Under the pieces are notes generated by a model. That model saw nothing but the letters and a program-made list of their open reading frames with translations. It searched no databases and was not told the DNA's origin. Shown piece after piece: positions 1 to 10,800 of a stretch of 64,000 bases of DNA. Origin of the DNA: Macrostomum lignano (lineage: Eukaryota); assembly GCA_002269645.1 (NCBI GenBank), contig NIVC01000920.1, forward strand, positions 62,001 to 126,000. The letters are read 5' to 3'. Position 1 is the stretch's first letter; the number at the start of each line of letters is the position of its first letter. The position numbers and the translations under genes were made by a program.

Positions 1-544
1 CCTCGAAACGGTGAGCAGAAATGCCTGATTCCGTCAAAACAACCCAAGTTTCATCCTCCTTCCCTCAAATAATTTTTCCAACTTCGCAATTCCGCAGGCC
101 ACTGAGCCTGCAAACCCAGCAATCATTTCGGCAGCTAAAAATCTAAAAAAGAAACCAGACAGATGGCTTATCACCACCGGCTGTCTGCAGTGTTTGGGAA
201 TTCCGGCCGGTCTATAAACAATGCCATCGCGGGAGCTGATGCGCCGTACAATTTTATGATTAGGATTAAAACGACAGGGGCGAGATGTTGGGGCAGTTTC
301 AATTGATTCTATCTAGACTTGAGGGAGCCTTTTTAAGGCTGCATGGCTTTTAGATTAGCAAAATGGCAAATTCATGGCGGCTATAATTGCCAATTAATTA
401 TCATTCTGCCGGGGGGGGGGGGGGTCGCCAGCCCTCATGCGTTGGACTTCCCCAATAGACTAATCAGCACTACTGCTCCTGATATTGGCCCTGTCTTGGA
501 TGCATTAAGAAATGTGCCGCTTATTTCACTCTACCTCTACAGTT

Positions 545-1375
545 CTCTGAATCTGCTTCAACAGTTCTTCAAATCTGCTTCAACAGTTCTTGGAATCTGC
601 TTATACAGTTCTTGGAATCTGCTTCAACAGTTCTTGGAATCTGCTTCAACAGTTCTTGGAATCTGCTTCAACAGTTCTTGGAATCTGCCTCTGAAGTTCT
701 TGGAATCTGCCTCTGAAGTTCTTGGAATCTGCCGCTACAGTTCTTGGAATCTGCCGCTACAGTTCTTGGAATCTGCCGCTACAGTTCTTGGAATCTGCCT
801 CTGAAGTTCTTGGAATCTGCCGCTACAGTTCTCTGAATCTGCTACAGTTCTTGGAATCTGCCTCTGAAGTTCTTGGAATCTGCCTCTGAAGTTCTTGGAA
901 TCTGCCTCTGAAGTTTTTGGAATCTGTCTCTGAAGTTCTTGGAATCTGCCTCTGAAGTTCTTGGAATCTGTCTCTGAAGTTCTTGGAATCTGCCTCTGAA
1001 GTTCTTGGAATCTGCCTCTGAAGTTCTTGGAATCTGCCGCTACAGTTCTTGGAATCTGCCTCTGAAGTTCTTGGAATCTGCCGCTACAGTTCTTGGAATC
1101 TGCCTCTGAAGTTCTTGGAATCTGCCTCTGAAGTTCTTGGAATCTGCCGCTACAGTTCTTGGAATCTGCCTCTGAAGTTCTTGGAATCTGCCGCTACAGT
1201 TCTTGGAATCTGCCGCTACAGTTCTTGGAATCTGCCGCTACAGTTCTCTGAATCTGCTTCAACAGTTCTTGGAATCTGCCTCTGCAGTTCTCTGAACCTG
1301 CCTCTCCAGTTCTCTGAACCTGCCTCTTCAGTTCTCTGAATTTGCCTCTTCAGTTCTCTGAACCTGCCTCTCCAA
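545..1375. repeat. 22-bp minisatellite (GAATCTGCCTCTGAAGTTCTTG and variants)
   Basis: 22-bp periodicity read directly; explains ORFs 343..804 and 1049..1339. Confidence 0.95.
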
Positions 1376-2224
1376 TGATTACATTCAATTTACTTACCCC
1401 AGACTCTCAGAGCCGTCCCCAATTCCTCATCTGCCCCAACCCTTTACTCAAAACTTTGAGCACAACAACACAAAACTCATTTTAAGCTAAGCAGTGAAGC
1501 GAATCCCCAGGCCAAGTTTTGGCAGTTCTGTTTCCCCTTTTTAGCCAATTCTGAAAATCAATTTCTGTCAACGCTGGCGTCTGTCAGAAGAAAACAAAAA
1601 ACTGGCTGAGAAGTGAGTTTCGCCTACTGAGGAGAAATCTCCCTAAACAGGGGGCAGCAGCTGCTTGAAGACTCGGACAGGATTTCCCACCCCTCTTTCC
1701 CCCAGCAACAGATGTTCCCTGAGCGGCTACTCAACAGCCAAAAGGGACATCTCTAGATGGGAGTTCTTCCGCGCGATAAAATATGGGACATTGGGATAAT
1801 TCTCCCGTAGAAGAGGCGGCTCACGCCTCGGTGCAGACAGGCAATTGGATCGCTAATTGATTGGAAGCTTGGAAGACGAAATCAAATTGAAGGGAGAGAA
1901 TTTCTCTGGTGGGAAGATTTGCCTCACAGACTGGCCGCAGAGGAAGACAGAAGTCAAATCCCCAAATCCCACGGGTTCGGGGAAGGTCGGGTCTCTGGAC
2001 AAGGGCGATGACGGAGACAAGCTGCGATTCCCCCATGTTGCCCGTCCCTGGGTTTTGAATGGCCAATTAGTGCTGCGATGATGGATAAAGTCTGTTTCCT
2101 GTCTTCTGACCAATGACATTGGCCCAACTTTGGCTGACAGGTTCTTAAATATCCCTGTGCTAGTTATTGGCCTGGATTCTTTGTATTTGTTAACTTCATT
2201 TTTGATTGCATCGTCTATAATCTA

Positions 2225-3120
2225 ATGAGGAAATTATCCCAATAAGTGTTTTAGATGGGGAAATCCAATAGGGAAAATTATCCCAATCTGTGTGTTAGAT
2301 GGGGAAATCCAATAGGGAAAATTATCCCAATCTGTGTGTTAGATAAGGATTTCAGTGGGGAAAATTATCCCAATCTGTGTGTTAGATGGGGAAATCCAAT
2401 AGAGAAAATTATCCCAATCTGTGTGTTAGATGGGGAAATCCAATAGAGAAAATTATCCCAATCTGTGTGTTAGATAGGGAAATCCAATAGGGAAAATTAT
2501 CCCAATCTGTGTGTTAGATAGGGAAATCCAATAGGGAAAATTATCCCAATCTGTGTGTTAGATAGGGAAATCCAATAGGGAAAATTATCCCAATCTGTGT
2601 GTTAGATGGGGAAATCCAATAGGGAAAATTATCCCAATCTGTGTGTTAGATGGGGAAATCCAATAGGGAAAATTATCCCAATCTGTGTGTTAGATGGGGA
2701 AATCCAATAGGGAAAATTATCCCAATCTGTGTGTTAGATGGGGAAATCCAATAGGGAAAATTATCCCAATCTGTGTGTTAGATGGGGAAATCCAATAGGG
2801 AAAATTATCCCAATCTGTGTGTTAGATAGGGAAATCCAATTGGGAAAATTATCCCAATCTGTGTGTTAGATAGGGAAATCCAATTGGGAAAATTATCCCA
2901 ATCTGTGTGTTAGATGGGGAAATCCAATAGGGAAAATTATCCCAATCTGTGTGTTAGATGGGGAAATCCAATTGGGAAAATTATCCCAATCTGTGTGTTA
3001 GATGGGGAAATCCAATAGGGAAAATTATCCCAATCTGTGTGTTAGATGGGGAAATCCAATAGGGAAAATTATCCCAATCTGTGTGTTAAATTGGGAATTC
3101 AGTAGGGAAAATTATCCCAA
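2225..3120. repeat. 44-bp tandem array (GGGAAAATTATCCCAATCTGTGTGTTAGATGGGGAAATCCAATA)
   Basis: About 20 near-identical units; lies in intron 2 of the Cys-loop gene. Confidence 0.95.
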
Positions 3121-3234
3121 ATAGTTTTTCTTCAATCGGGAATACTGCAGGAAATGTTTCTTAATGCCGTCTGCTTGAAGTGGACTGGATAATTAAAGGC
3201 CTTAATAAACTAGAAAAATTGATCCCATACCCAC

Positions 3235-3341
3235 CTGAATTAGGAAATATCCCATGTGCCGGTGCAGCTCGAAGTCGCACAGCAGCACCGAAAATCGGCC
3301 CCGGCGGCCGATGCGACGGTCGGCCTTCTTGATGAATGTTT
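3235..3341 (-). CDS. GABA-A/GRD-like Cys-loop channel, exon 2 (loop C / pre-M1)
   Basis: tttttAG acceptor and CAG|GTGGGT donor; phase 1 matches exon 1; encodes ...GRFSVLLCDFELHRHMGYFLIQ, the typical pre-M1 motif. M1-M4 exons not found in the window. Confidence 0.85.
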
Positions 3342-3509
3342 CTAAAAATAGAACTGATCGTTGCGGCGCAAATCCAAACCGTTTCAAGTGGCGGCGTCTC
3401 CGGGATTTTTCAAGGTGGAAAATTCCCTATTCTAAAAGACTGATCCCGTTGTGTTTGGGAGCTTTCTTAACTAATTGATTTTTAGCCTGATATTGCAGTG
3501 ATGCTATTG

Positions 3510-4155
3510 GTGACACTGCGGTTCTGTTGGTGACTGTGAGGTTGTGATGGTGACTGTGAGGTTGTAAAAGTGACTGAGAGGTTTTGATGGTGACTATAAG
3601 GTTCTGTTGGTGACTGTGAGGTTGTGATGGAGACTGTGAGGTTGTGATGGAGACTGAGAGGTTGTGATGGTGACTGTGAGGTTGTGATGGTGATTTTGAG
3701 GCTCTGTTGGTGACTGTGAGGTTGTGATGGTGACTGTGAGGTTGTGATGGTGACCGTGAGGTTGTGATGGTGATTTTGAGGCTCTGTTGGTGACTGTGAG
3801 GTTGTGATGGTGACTGTGAGGTTGTGATGGTGACTGTGAGGTTGTGATGGTGACTGTGAGGTTGTGATGGTGATTTTGAGGCTCTGTTGGTGACTGTGAG
3901 GTTGTGATGGTGACTGTGAGGTTGTGATGGTGACTGTGAGGTTGTGATGGTGATTTTGAGGCTCTGTTGGTGACTGTGAGGTTGTGATGGTGATTTTGAG
4001 GCTCTGTTGGTGACTGTGAGGTTGTGATGGTGACTGTGAGGTTGTGATGGTGACTGTGAGGTTGTGATGGTGACTGTGAGGTTGTGATGGTGACTGTGAG
4101 GTTGTGATGGTGACTGTGAGGTTGTGATGGTGATTGTGAGGTTGTGATGGTGACT
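3510..4155. repeat. 20-bp minisatellite (GGTTGTGATGGTGACTGTGA)
   Basis: 20-bp period; fills most of intron 1 (3342-4200) of the Cys-loop gene. Confidence 0.95.
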
Positions 4156-4200
4156 ATGAGTTGATGAAGCTCAAAATCCATTCTGCATCAAGTGAAATAC

Positions 4201-4849
4201 TTTTCAGGTCGAACTGAGACAGCAGCAAGTCCCTGTTGAGCTGAATTGACTGGTCTCCCAGGCTCCACTCGAAGATGACGTCATCGTCGGTGTAGCCATG
4301 GCTGCTGATCTCCAGCGGACAGGTCTGGTTGTCCATAGGAAACTTCAGCAGGTCCATGGGACAGGTGGCCTTGATGGTGAGTCGCATTGAGTACAGAATC
4401 TCGCCGGTGTTCTTGATTCTGAACAGCACATTGGGCGAGGTGATGTTGTGCAGGTACGAACCCATGCCGTTCACAATGTAGGTATCCGGTTTCCAGATCT
4501 CCCTCAGCATTTTCTCGTTAAGCTGCAGGTGAGTGAAGTTGTCGTGAGCCGGGAACGTCAGGCGGGTGTCAGTCCACTCCTGGCGGAAGTAGCAGTCGAA
4601 GGAGTAGATCATGGACCTCTCTGAGATCGGGCCCATGCTGCGGATGTTCATGTTGATTCGAATCTTGATCGGTCCGCGACCAAAGTCGGGTCGTAAATTC
4701 CTGTCGTAGTCGTCCAGCAGACGGTTGAGCGTCTCGGTGACGTTCTTGGTCATCTCGGTGTGGTTGACGCCCTCGGAGTACATCATGCAGTGCGCCGGCT
4801 GCAGCGCCAGCAGCAGCAGAAGCAGAGCGAATCCGTTCAACAGAAGCAT
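4201..4849 (-). CDS. GABA-A/GRD(8916)-like Cys-loop ligand-gated ion channel, exon 1 (signal peptide + ligand-binding domain)
   Basis: Signal peptide, YDRNLRP, WKPDTY, LYSMRLTIKAT and Cys-loop CPMDLLKFPMDNQTC; donor AAAA|GTATTT at 4200. Confidence 0.92.
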
Positions 4850-5029
4850 GGCTTGGACAGACTTCTAACGCTAAGCTTTGCAGCTTTGGCCGTATTATGG
4901 CCATGCTGGGCTGGCTTCTTCCCTGCTCCCATTGGCCCTGCCAAGCTAGGGCGGGAATACTGGAGTGACCAGAGACTTGGAATGGCTTTGGAACTGGGAC
5001 TGTAGGGCTGTGACTGCATGGAGACATAT

Positions 5030-5430
5030 ACGGGTAGAGAGGAGAGAGTAGAGAAGGGAGAGAGCAGATGGGAGAGAGCAGAGATGGGGGAGAGCAGTGA
5101 AGGAAGAGAGGAGAGAGGGAAGAGAGCAGAGAAGGAAGAGAAGAGAGAAGGAAGAGAAAAGAGAAGGGAGAGAGCAGAGAAGGGAGAGGGGAGAAAAGGA
5201 AGAGAGCAGAGATGGGAGAGAACAGAGATGGGAGAGAGCAGAGATGGGAGAGAGCAGAGATGGGAGAGAGCAGAGAAGGGAGAGAGCAGAGAAGGGAGAG
5301 AGCAGAGAAGGGAGAGAGCAGAGATGGGAGAGAGCAGAGATGGGAGAGAGCAGAGATGGGAGAGAGCAGAGATGGGAGAGAGCAGAGATGGGAGAGAGCA
5401 GAGAAGGGCAGAGAGCAGAGAGCAGAGAAA
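5030..5430. repeat. GA-rich ~16-bp repeat (GGGAGAGAGCAGAGAT)
   Basis: Purine-rich tandem units just upstream of the Cys-loop start codon. Confidence 0.9.
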
Positions 5431-6204
5431 TCAATCATATTTAAACGCAAAGGCGGAGCAGCTGTCTCAGCCCTGGTGCAGCTAAGAAAATGTGCATCCC
5501 CACAGAGAAATTCGTGATAATTTCCTGCCAAATTCCCCCCCCCCAGTCTCCTCAGCCCTCGATCTGCTGACGAAAAATTAACCGATTGAAGTCCCAAAAA
5601 TATAACGACGAGTTCAGCATTACAGCTACTAACAGTAGAAAGGGATGCAAGCTTGCGCATTTAACTCAGCTAAAATAAAATTTCAAGCAGACTGACCTAC
5701 GGGCAATTAAATAAGGAACAGATGCAGTTGTCTTCCTTTGATGTTTCTTACGTAATCTAATATTGCAATGCACAACCGAATGCAGTGTGGTGTTTGCGCA
5801 CTTTCCGCTACCTGAGGCAGTTAATCATTTTGTTTTGTGTTGCATCTCGGTTCCAGCCGGTTGGCGGCGGGGCCCAAGCAGGCGGTGTCGCGAGCTGATT
5901 GGCTGAGCGTACGTCTCTCTCCCCCCTTTTCTCTGACACTCTGCCCTGCGCTAATTGGCTAAGCCAGGTTTCAGCAAATTCAGTTGTCCGGCGGCCCTCG
6001 ATTGGGTCCTTTGAAACTTCACAGTAGCAATCCGACCCGCTCAAGGCTTGTGTCTCATTAGCTCTCTTCTCTCTTCTTTATCTTATATCTATCAGTTTGA
6101 TTTACATCACTGTTACATTACATATTATTATCTATGTACATCTATGTTATACATTATCTGTATTGAAACCGCCAATCTAACAGCGCGAGTGATTTGAGCT
6201 TCCT

Positions 6205-6420
6205 ACCTGCTGTCTGTCTGCCTGCCTGCCTGTCTGTCTATCTGTCTGTCTGTCTATCTGCCTGTCTGTCTATCTGTCTGTCTACCTGTCTGTCTGTCTG
6301 CCTGTCTGCCTGCCTGTCTGTCTATCTGTCTGCCTGCCTGTCTGTCTGTCTGTCTGCCTGCCTGCCTGTCTGTCAGTCTGTCTGTCTACCTGTCTACCTG
6401 TCTGTCTTCCTGTCTATCAG
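6205..6420. repeat. (CTGT/CTGC)n microsatellite
   Basis: Tetranucleotide periodicity. Confidence 0.9.
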
Positions 6421-7072
6421 TCAGAAAATGCAGTGCTCGAACACGCAACAGCATTAAAAATCGTGAATTATATTAGCAAGAACACGAAAGGCTGGTTAAA
6501 TGAATACCAAAACTGTCTTTATACACGACAGATCCTATGTTCATTCTATTCCTGCTCAAAATGGGTAAATTTATATTTATATATATGATTACAAACCTAG
6601 TCACTAGCACAGACGGGCAGCTAAAGCCAGGACCAGCTGCATTCGCTACAGCGCTGTAAAACTGAGGACAGGGCAAAGAGAAAAAACAAAACAAGCACAC
6701 ACTGCCATGTAAGTTAATGGGCTGAATGCAAAAAAATGAAAAAAACCACCTTCCAAATATTTAGCAAGGAGAAAGGACAAAGGCAACAACACTAATCGGC
6801 TTTGATGAAATAATTAAGCAACTCTGACTAGAAATGTTATTGGCTCATTATTAACGATTAGAAGCAGAACAAGCCAATCAGGAAATACAGGATTAATTTT
6901 AAAAGCTGCTACTTGCAGTACGATAATTCTATTTGTCATTTTTCAGCTACAAACCGATATGTATCGAAATCACCTGTATTTTTAGCTAGAGGCAGGGGGC
7001 ATTACTGCCCATTCCGCCGACTCCCCCACGTACGCAGTCATATACGCACAGGCACACATTCACATAGCCATA

Positions 7073-7259
7073 ACTTTATTAATCGTTAGGCATGTACACT
7101 TCACTGTGCCTTGGGGGGTGGCCCTCAAGGCCGTTAATTGCACGAGCAGAGCCAAGCCGAGATTCCAATTCAGCCCCAAATTAATGTGACTGCACTCTGA
7201 ATCGAGCCTGGGCCGCTGGCACACCAGAGCGCAGCGCTGGACAACTGGGCTACGGCCCC
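7073..7259 (-). mobile_element. tRNA-derived SINE
   Basis: Minus strand starts GGGGCCGTAGCCCAGTTG (A-box-like) with GGCTCGATTC (B-box-like), then a non-tRNA body ending AATAAAG; no tRNA acceptor stem. Confidence 0.7.
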
Positions 7260-7894
7260 TTTATCTCCCGATAGGTTAATACATTTTCTAGAACACAGAT
7301 TTAAAAGTACACACGAAACAATTAGTTAAGAAGATTTTTAATTTAATTATGACATGACTAGATGCTGTTGTTATAAACATACGATAAAAAACTACCTGGA
7401 CTACTGCAGTGAGTAAAACAAAAAGATTGAAATGGTAATTTTAAAATACGATCTTAAAACAAGGGTCTGAAAATGCAGCAAACATTATGGGGCAAACTGA
7501 CTGCGAAGCACAAACTCAAATATTCTTAAGCTGCGGGTTAAACTAAGCTTTGCACACTGCTTTGCACTGAACACAACTTAACGAAATAATTGATTGTGAC
7601 AAAAGATTTTTTAATTTTAGTTTTAAAATTCTTGCATTGCTACTCACTAAGCATCCGAATAAGATTACGAGCTAGTAGTATAATTAGGGGACAAACAAAC
7701 AGATGTCTATTAACTCAAGGGTCACAGCAATTCTCTCGCATTGATTGATTGACATGTGCGAATCTTCAATGACTACTATCAGTAATATTACAAATAATCT
7801 GTATGTCTATTTCTTGTATTCTAGTATTGATAGAAAGTTAAGCGCTAACACAGCGACTGACTATATTAATTACAAAAATATCGAGTTAAAGGCT

Positions 7895-10800
7895 TCACTT
7901 TGATTTGATTTTCGATTGCCGAAGCAGCGACTTCAGCTCCTTGGCCAGGGCTGCCACCTTCTGACCGTACTCGGTGGTCTTGTCCGATGAGCGCAGCTTG
8001 TCCCTCAGCTTCTGCGCCAGCTTGCTCATGGCTGGCAGGCTTGCCTGAGCATTGATGGGGTGCGATTGAGTTTGTAGTTGAACATCGAATACTCTTCATG
8101 TGAGAAGGGATTATCTTACCCATGAGACTCTAGGAGCTGAAACTCTCCCTCCCCACCATGAGAATTGAAAACCTCCCTAAATTAGAAACGAAAATCCCAC
8201 CTATTCAAACCTAAAGTCTTACCTATGAGAATCCAAAATCTAACCTATGTTGAAAATCTCACCAATAAGAAATGAAAATCTCACTAATGAGAATTGAAAA
8301 TCTCACCAATGAGAATTGAAAATCTCACCAATGAGAATTGAAAATCTCACCAATGAGAATTGAAAATCATCTCACCCATGAGAATAGAAAATCTCACCAA
8401 TGAGAATTGAAAATCTCACCAATGAGAATTGAAAATCTCACCAATGAGAATTGAAAATCTCACCAATGAGAATAGAAAATCTCAACAATGAGAACCGAAA
8501 ATCTCACCAATGAGAATAGAAAATCTCACCAATGAGAATTGAAAATCATCTCACCCATGAGAATAGAAAATCTCACCAATGAGAATTGAAAATCTCACCA
8601 ATGAGAATTGAAAATCTCACCAATGAGAATTGAAAATCATCTCACCCATGAGAATAGAAAATCTCACCAATGAGAATAGAAAATCTCACCAATGAGAATC
8701 GAAAATGTCACCAATGAGAATTGAAAATCTCACCAATGAGAATTGAAAATCTCACTAATGAGAATTGAAAATCTCACCAATGAGAATAGAAAATCTCAAC
8801 AATGAGAACCGAAAATCTCACCAATGCGAATAGAAAATCTCAGCACTCACCATAAAAGCGTCAGCCAGAGTGGTGCCCCCAACCGTGGCGGCCTGCATCG
8901 CCTCGGTCTCCCTGGCCGCATTGCCAATAAAGCAGACCCAGCCCAGTCGAATTGCCGGATCAGCAGCCAGCAGCTGGTTGGCAGTGCCCGGAACTGGCAG
9001 TTCGTCAACTTCAACATTGGTAGCCAAGGCAATCAGGCAGGCGCCAGAGTCGGAGGTCAGATTGCTGAGCAGGGTGAGGCACTGGCGCAAACGTCTGGAC
9101 TGCTCAGAGGACTGGTCGGCAGGCGGGGCGGCCAGTTGGAGCCGCAGCTCGGCGATGAAGCCCGGCAGCAGGGGCAGCAGGCGGGGCCGGCAGGGCTCGT
9201 ACAGGGCCAGGTTGGCCAGCAGCTGCAGGCCGTACTGAGCCAGCCGGGCTGAGCTCGGCACCACCGAGGCGATGGCGCCGGCAATGTCCAGGATGGCCTG
9301 CTGGTTGGAGGGCACGCCTGCGAAAGGGGGGAGTGGCGGTTAGGGAGCTTCTGGTGATAGGGGAAGAGGGAGATGTGTTCTAGGGTGAGAAGTAGATAGG
9401 ATAGGGTGAGGGGTGTACACGGTAAACTAAAGGGAGAAACGGGACGGAAAGGGAGCACGGAAGGGTGAGAGGGGGACACAGTAGAGTGAGAGGGAGACAC
9501 GGAAGGGTGAGAGGGGGACACAGTAGAGTGAGACGGAGACACGGTAGAGTGAGAGGGAGACACGGAAGGGTGAGAGGGGGACACAGTAGAGTGAGAGGGA
9601 GACACGGTAGAGTGAGAGGGAGACACGGGAGGGTGAGAGGGGGACACGGGAGGGTGAGAGGGGGATACGGGAGAGTGAGAGGGGGACACGGGAGAGTGAG
9701 AGGGGGACACGAAAAGGTGAGAGGGAGACACGGGAGGGTGAGAGGGAGACACGGGAGGGGGTGAGAGGGGGACACGGGAGGGGGGTGAGAGGGGGACACG
9801 GGAGGGTGAGAGGGAGACAAGGGAGGGTGAGAGGGAGACACGGGAGGGTGAGAGGGAGACACGGGAGGGTGAGAGGGGGACACGGGAGGGTTAGAGGGAG
9901 ACACGGGAGGGTGAGAGGGAGACACGGGAGGGTGAGAGGGAGACACGGGATGGTGAGAGGGGGACACGGGAGGGTGAGAGGGGGACACGGGAGGGTTAGA
10001 GGGGGACACGGGATGGTGAGAGGGAGACACGGGAGGGTGAGAGGGAGACACGGGAGGGTGAGAGGGAGACACGGGATGGTGAGAGGGGGACACGGGAGGG
10101 TGAGAGGGGGACACGGGAGGGTTAGAGGGGAGACACGGGATGGTGAGAGGGAGACACGGGAGGGTGAGAGGGAGACACGGGAGGGTGAGAGGGAGACACG
10201 GGATGGTGAGAGGGAGACACGGGATGGTGAGAGGGGGACACGGGAGGGTGAGAGGGAGACAAGGGAGAGTGAGAGGGAGACACGGGAGGGTGAGAGGGAG
10301 ACACGGGAGGGTGAGAGGGAGACACGGGATGGTGAGAGGGGGACACGGGAGGGTGAGAGGGGGACACGGGAGGGTGAGAGGGAGACAAGAGAGAGTGAGA
10401 GGGAGACACGGGAGGGTGAGAGGGGGACACGGGAGGGTGAGAGGGGGACACTGGAGGGTGAGAGGGGGGCACGGGAGGGTGAGAGGGGGACACGGGAGGG
10501 TGAGGGGGACACTGGAGGGTGAGAGGGGGGCACGGGAGGGTGAGAGGGGAACACGGTAGAGTGAGAGGTGGACACGGGAGGGTGAGAAGGGGACACGGGA
10601 GGGTGAGAGGGGAACACGGTAGAGGCAGACCCAGCCTCACCAGACAGGTTGATGAGGTTCAGCAGGCACTGCAGCCGCACTTCAACAGCTCCGCTATTCC
10701 GTTGGAACACGCGGCAGATCTCGGCAACCAGACAGCCACCCCTGCTCAGCCGGTCCATGTGATGCTGGAACTGGGCCAGCCGGCCTATCAGCTGCATCGC

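Noticed and set aside
545-1375. Heat-shock-element array (GAA..TTC..GAA) in the 22-bp repeat
   Set aside because: Spacing GAAgTTCttgGAA does not match nGAAnnTTCnnGAAn
1-2220. Transmembrane exons of the Cys-loop receptor
   Set aside because: No M1-M4-like sequence found on the minus strand; probably left of the window
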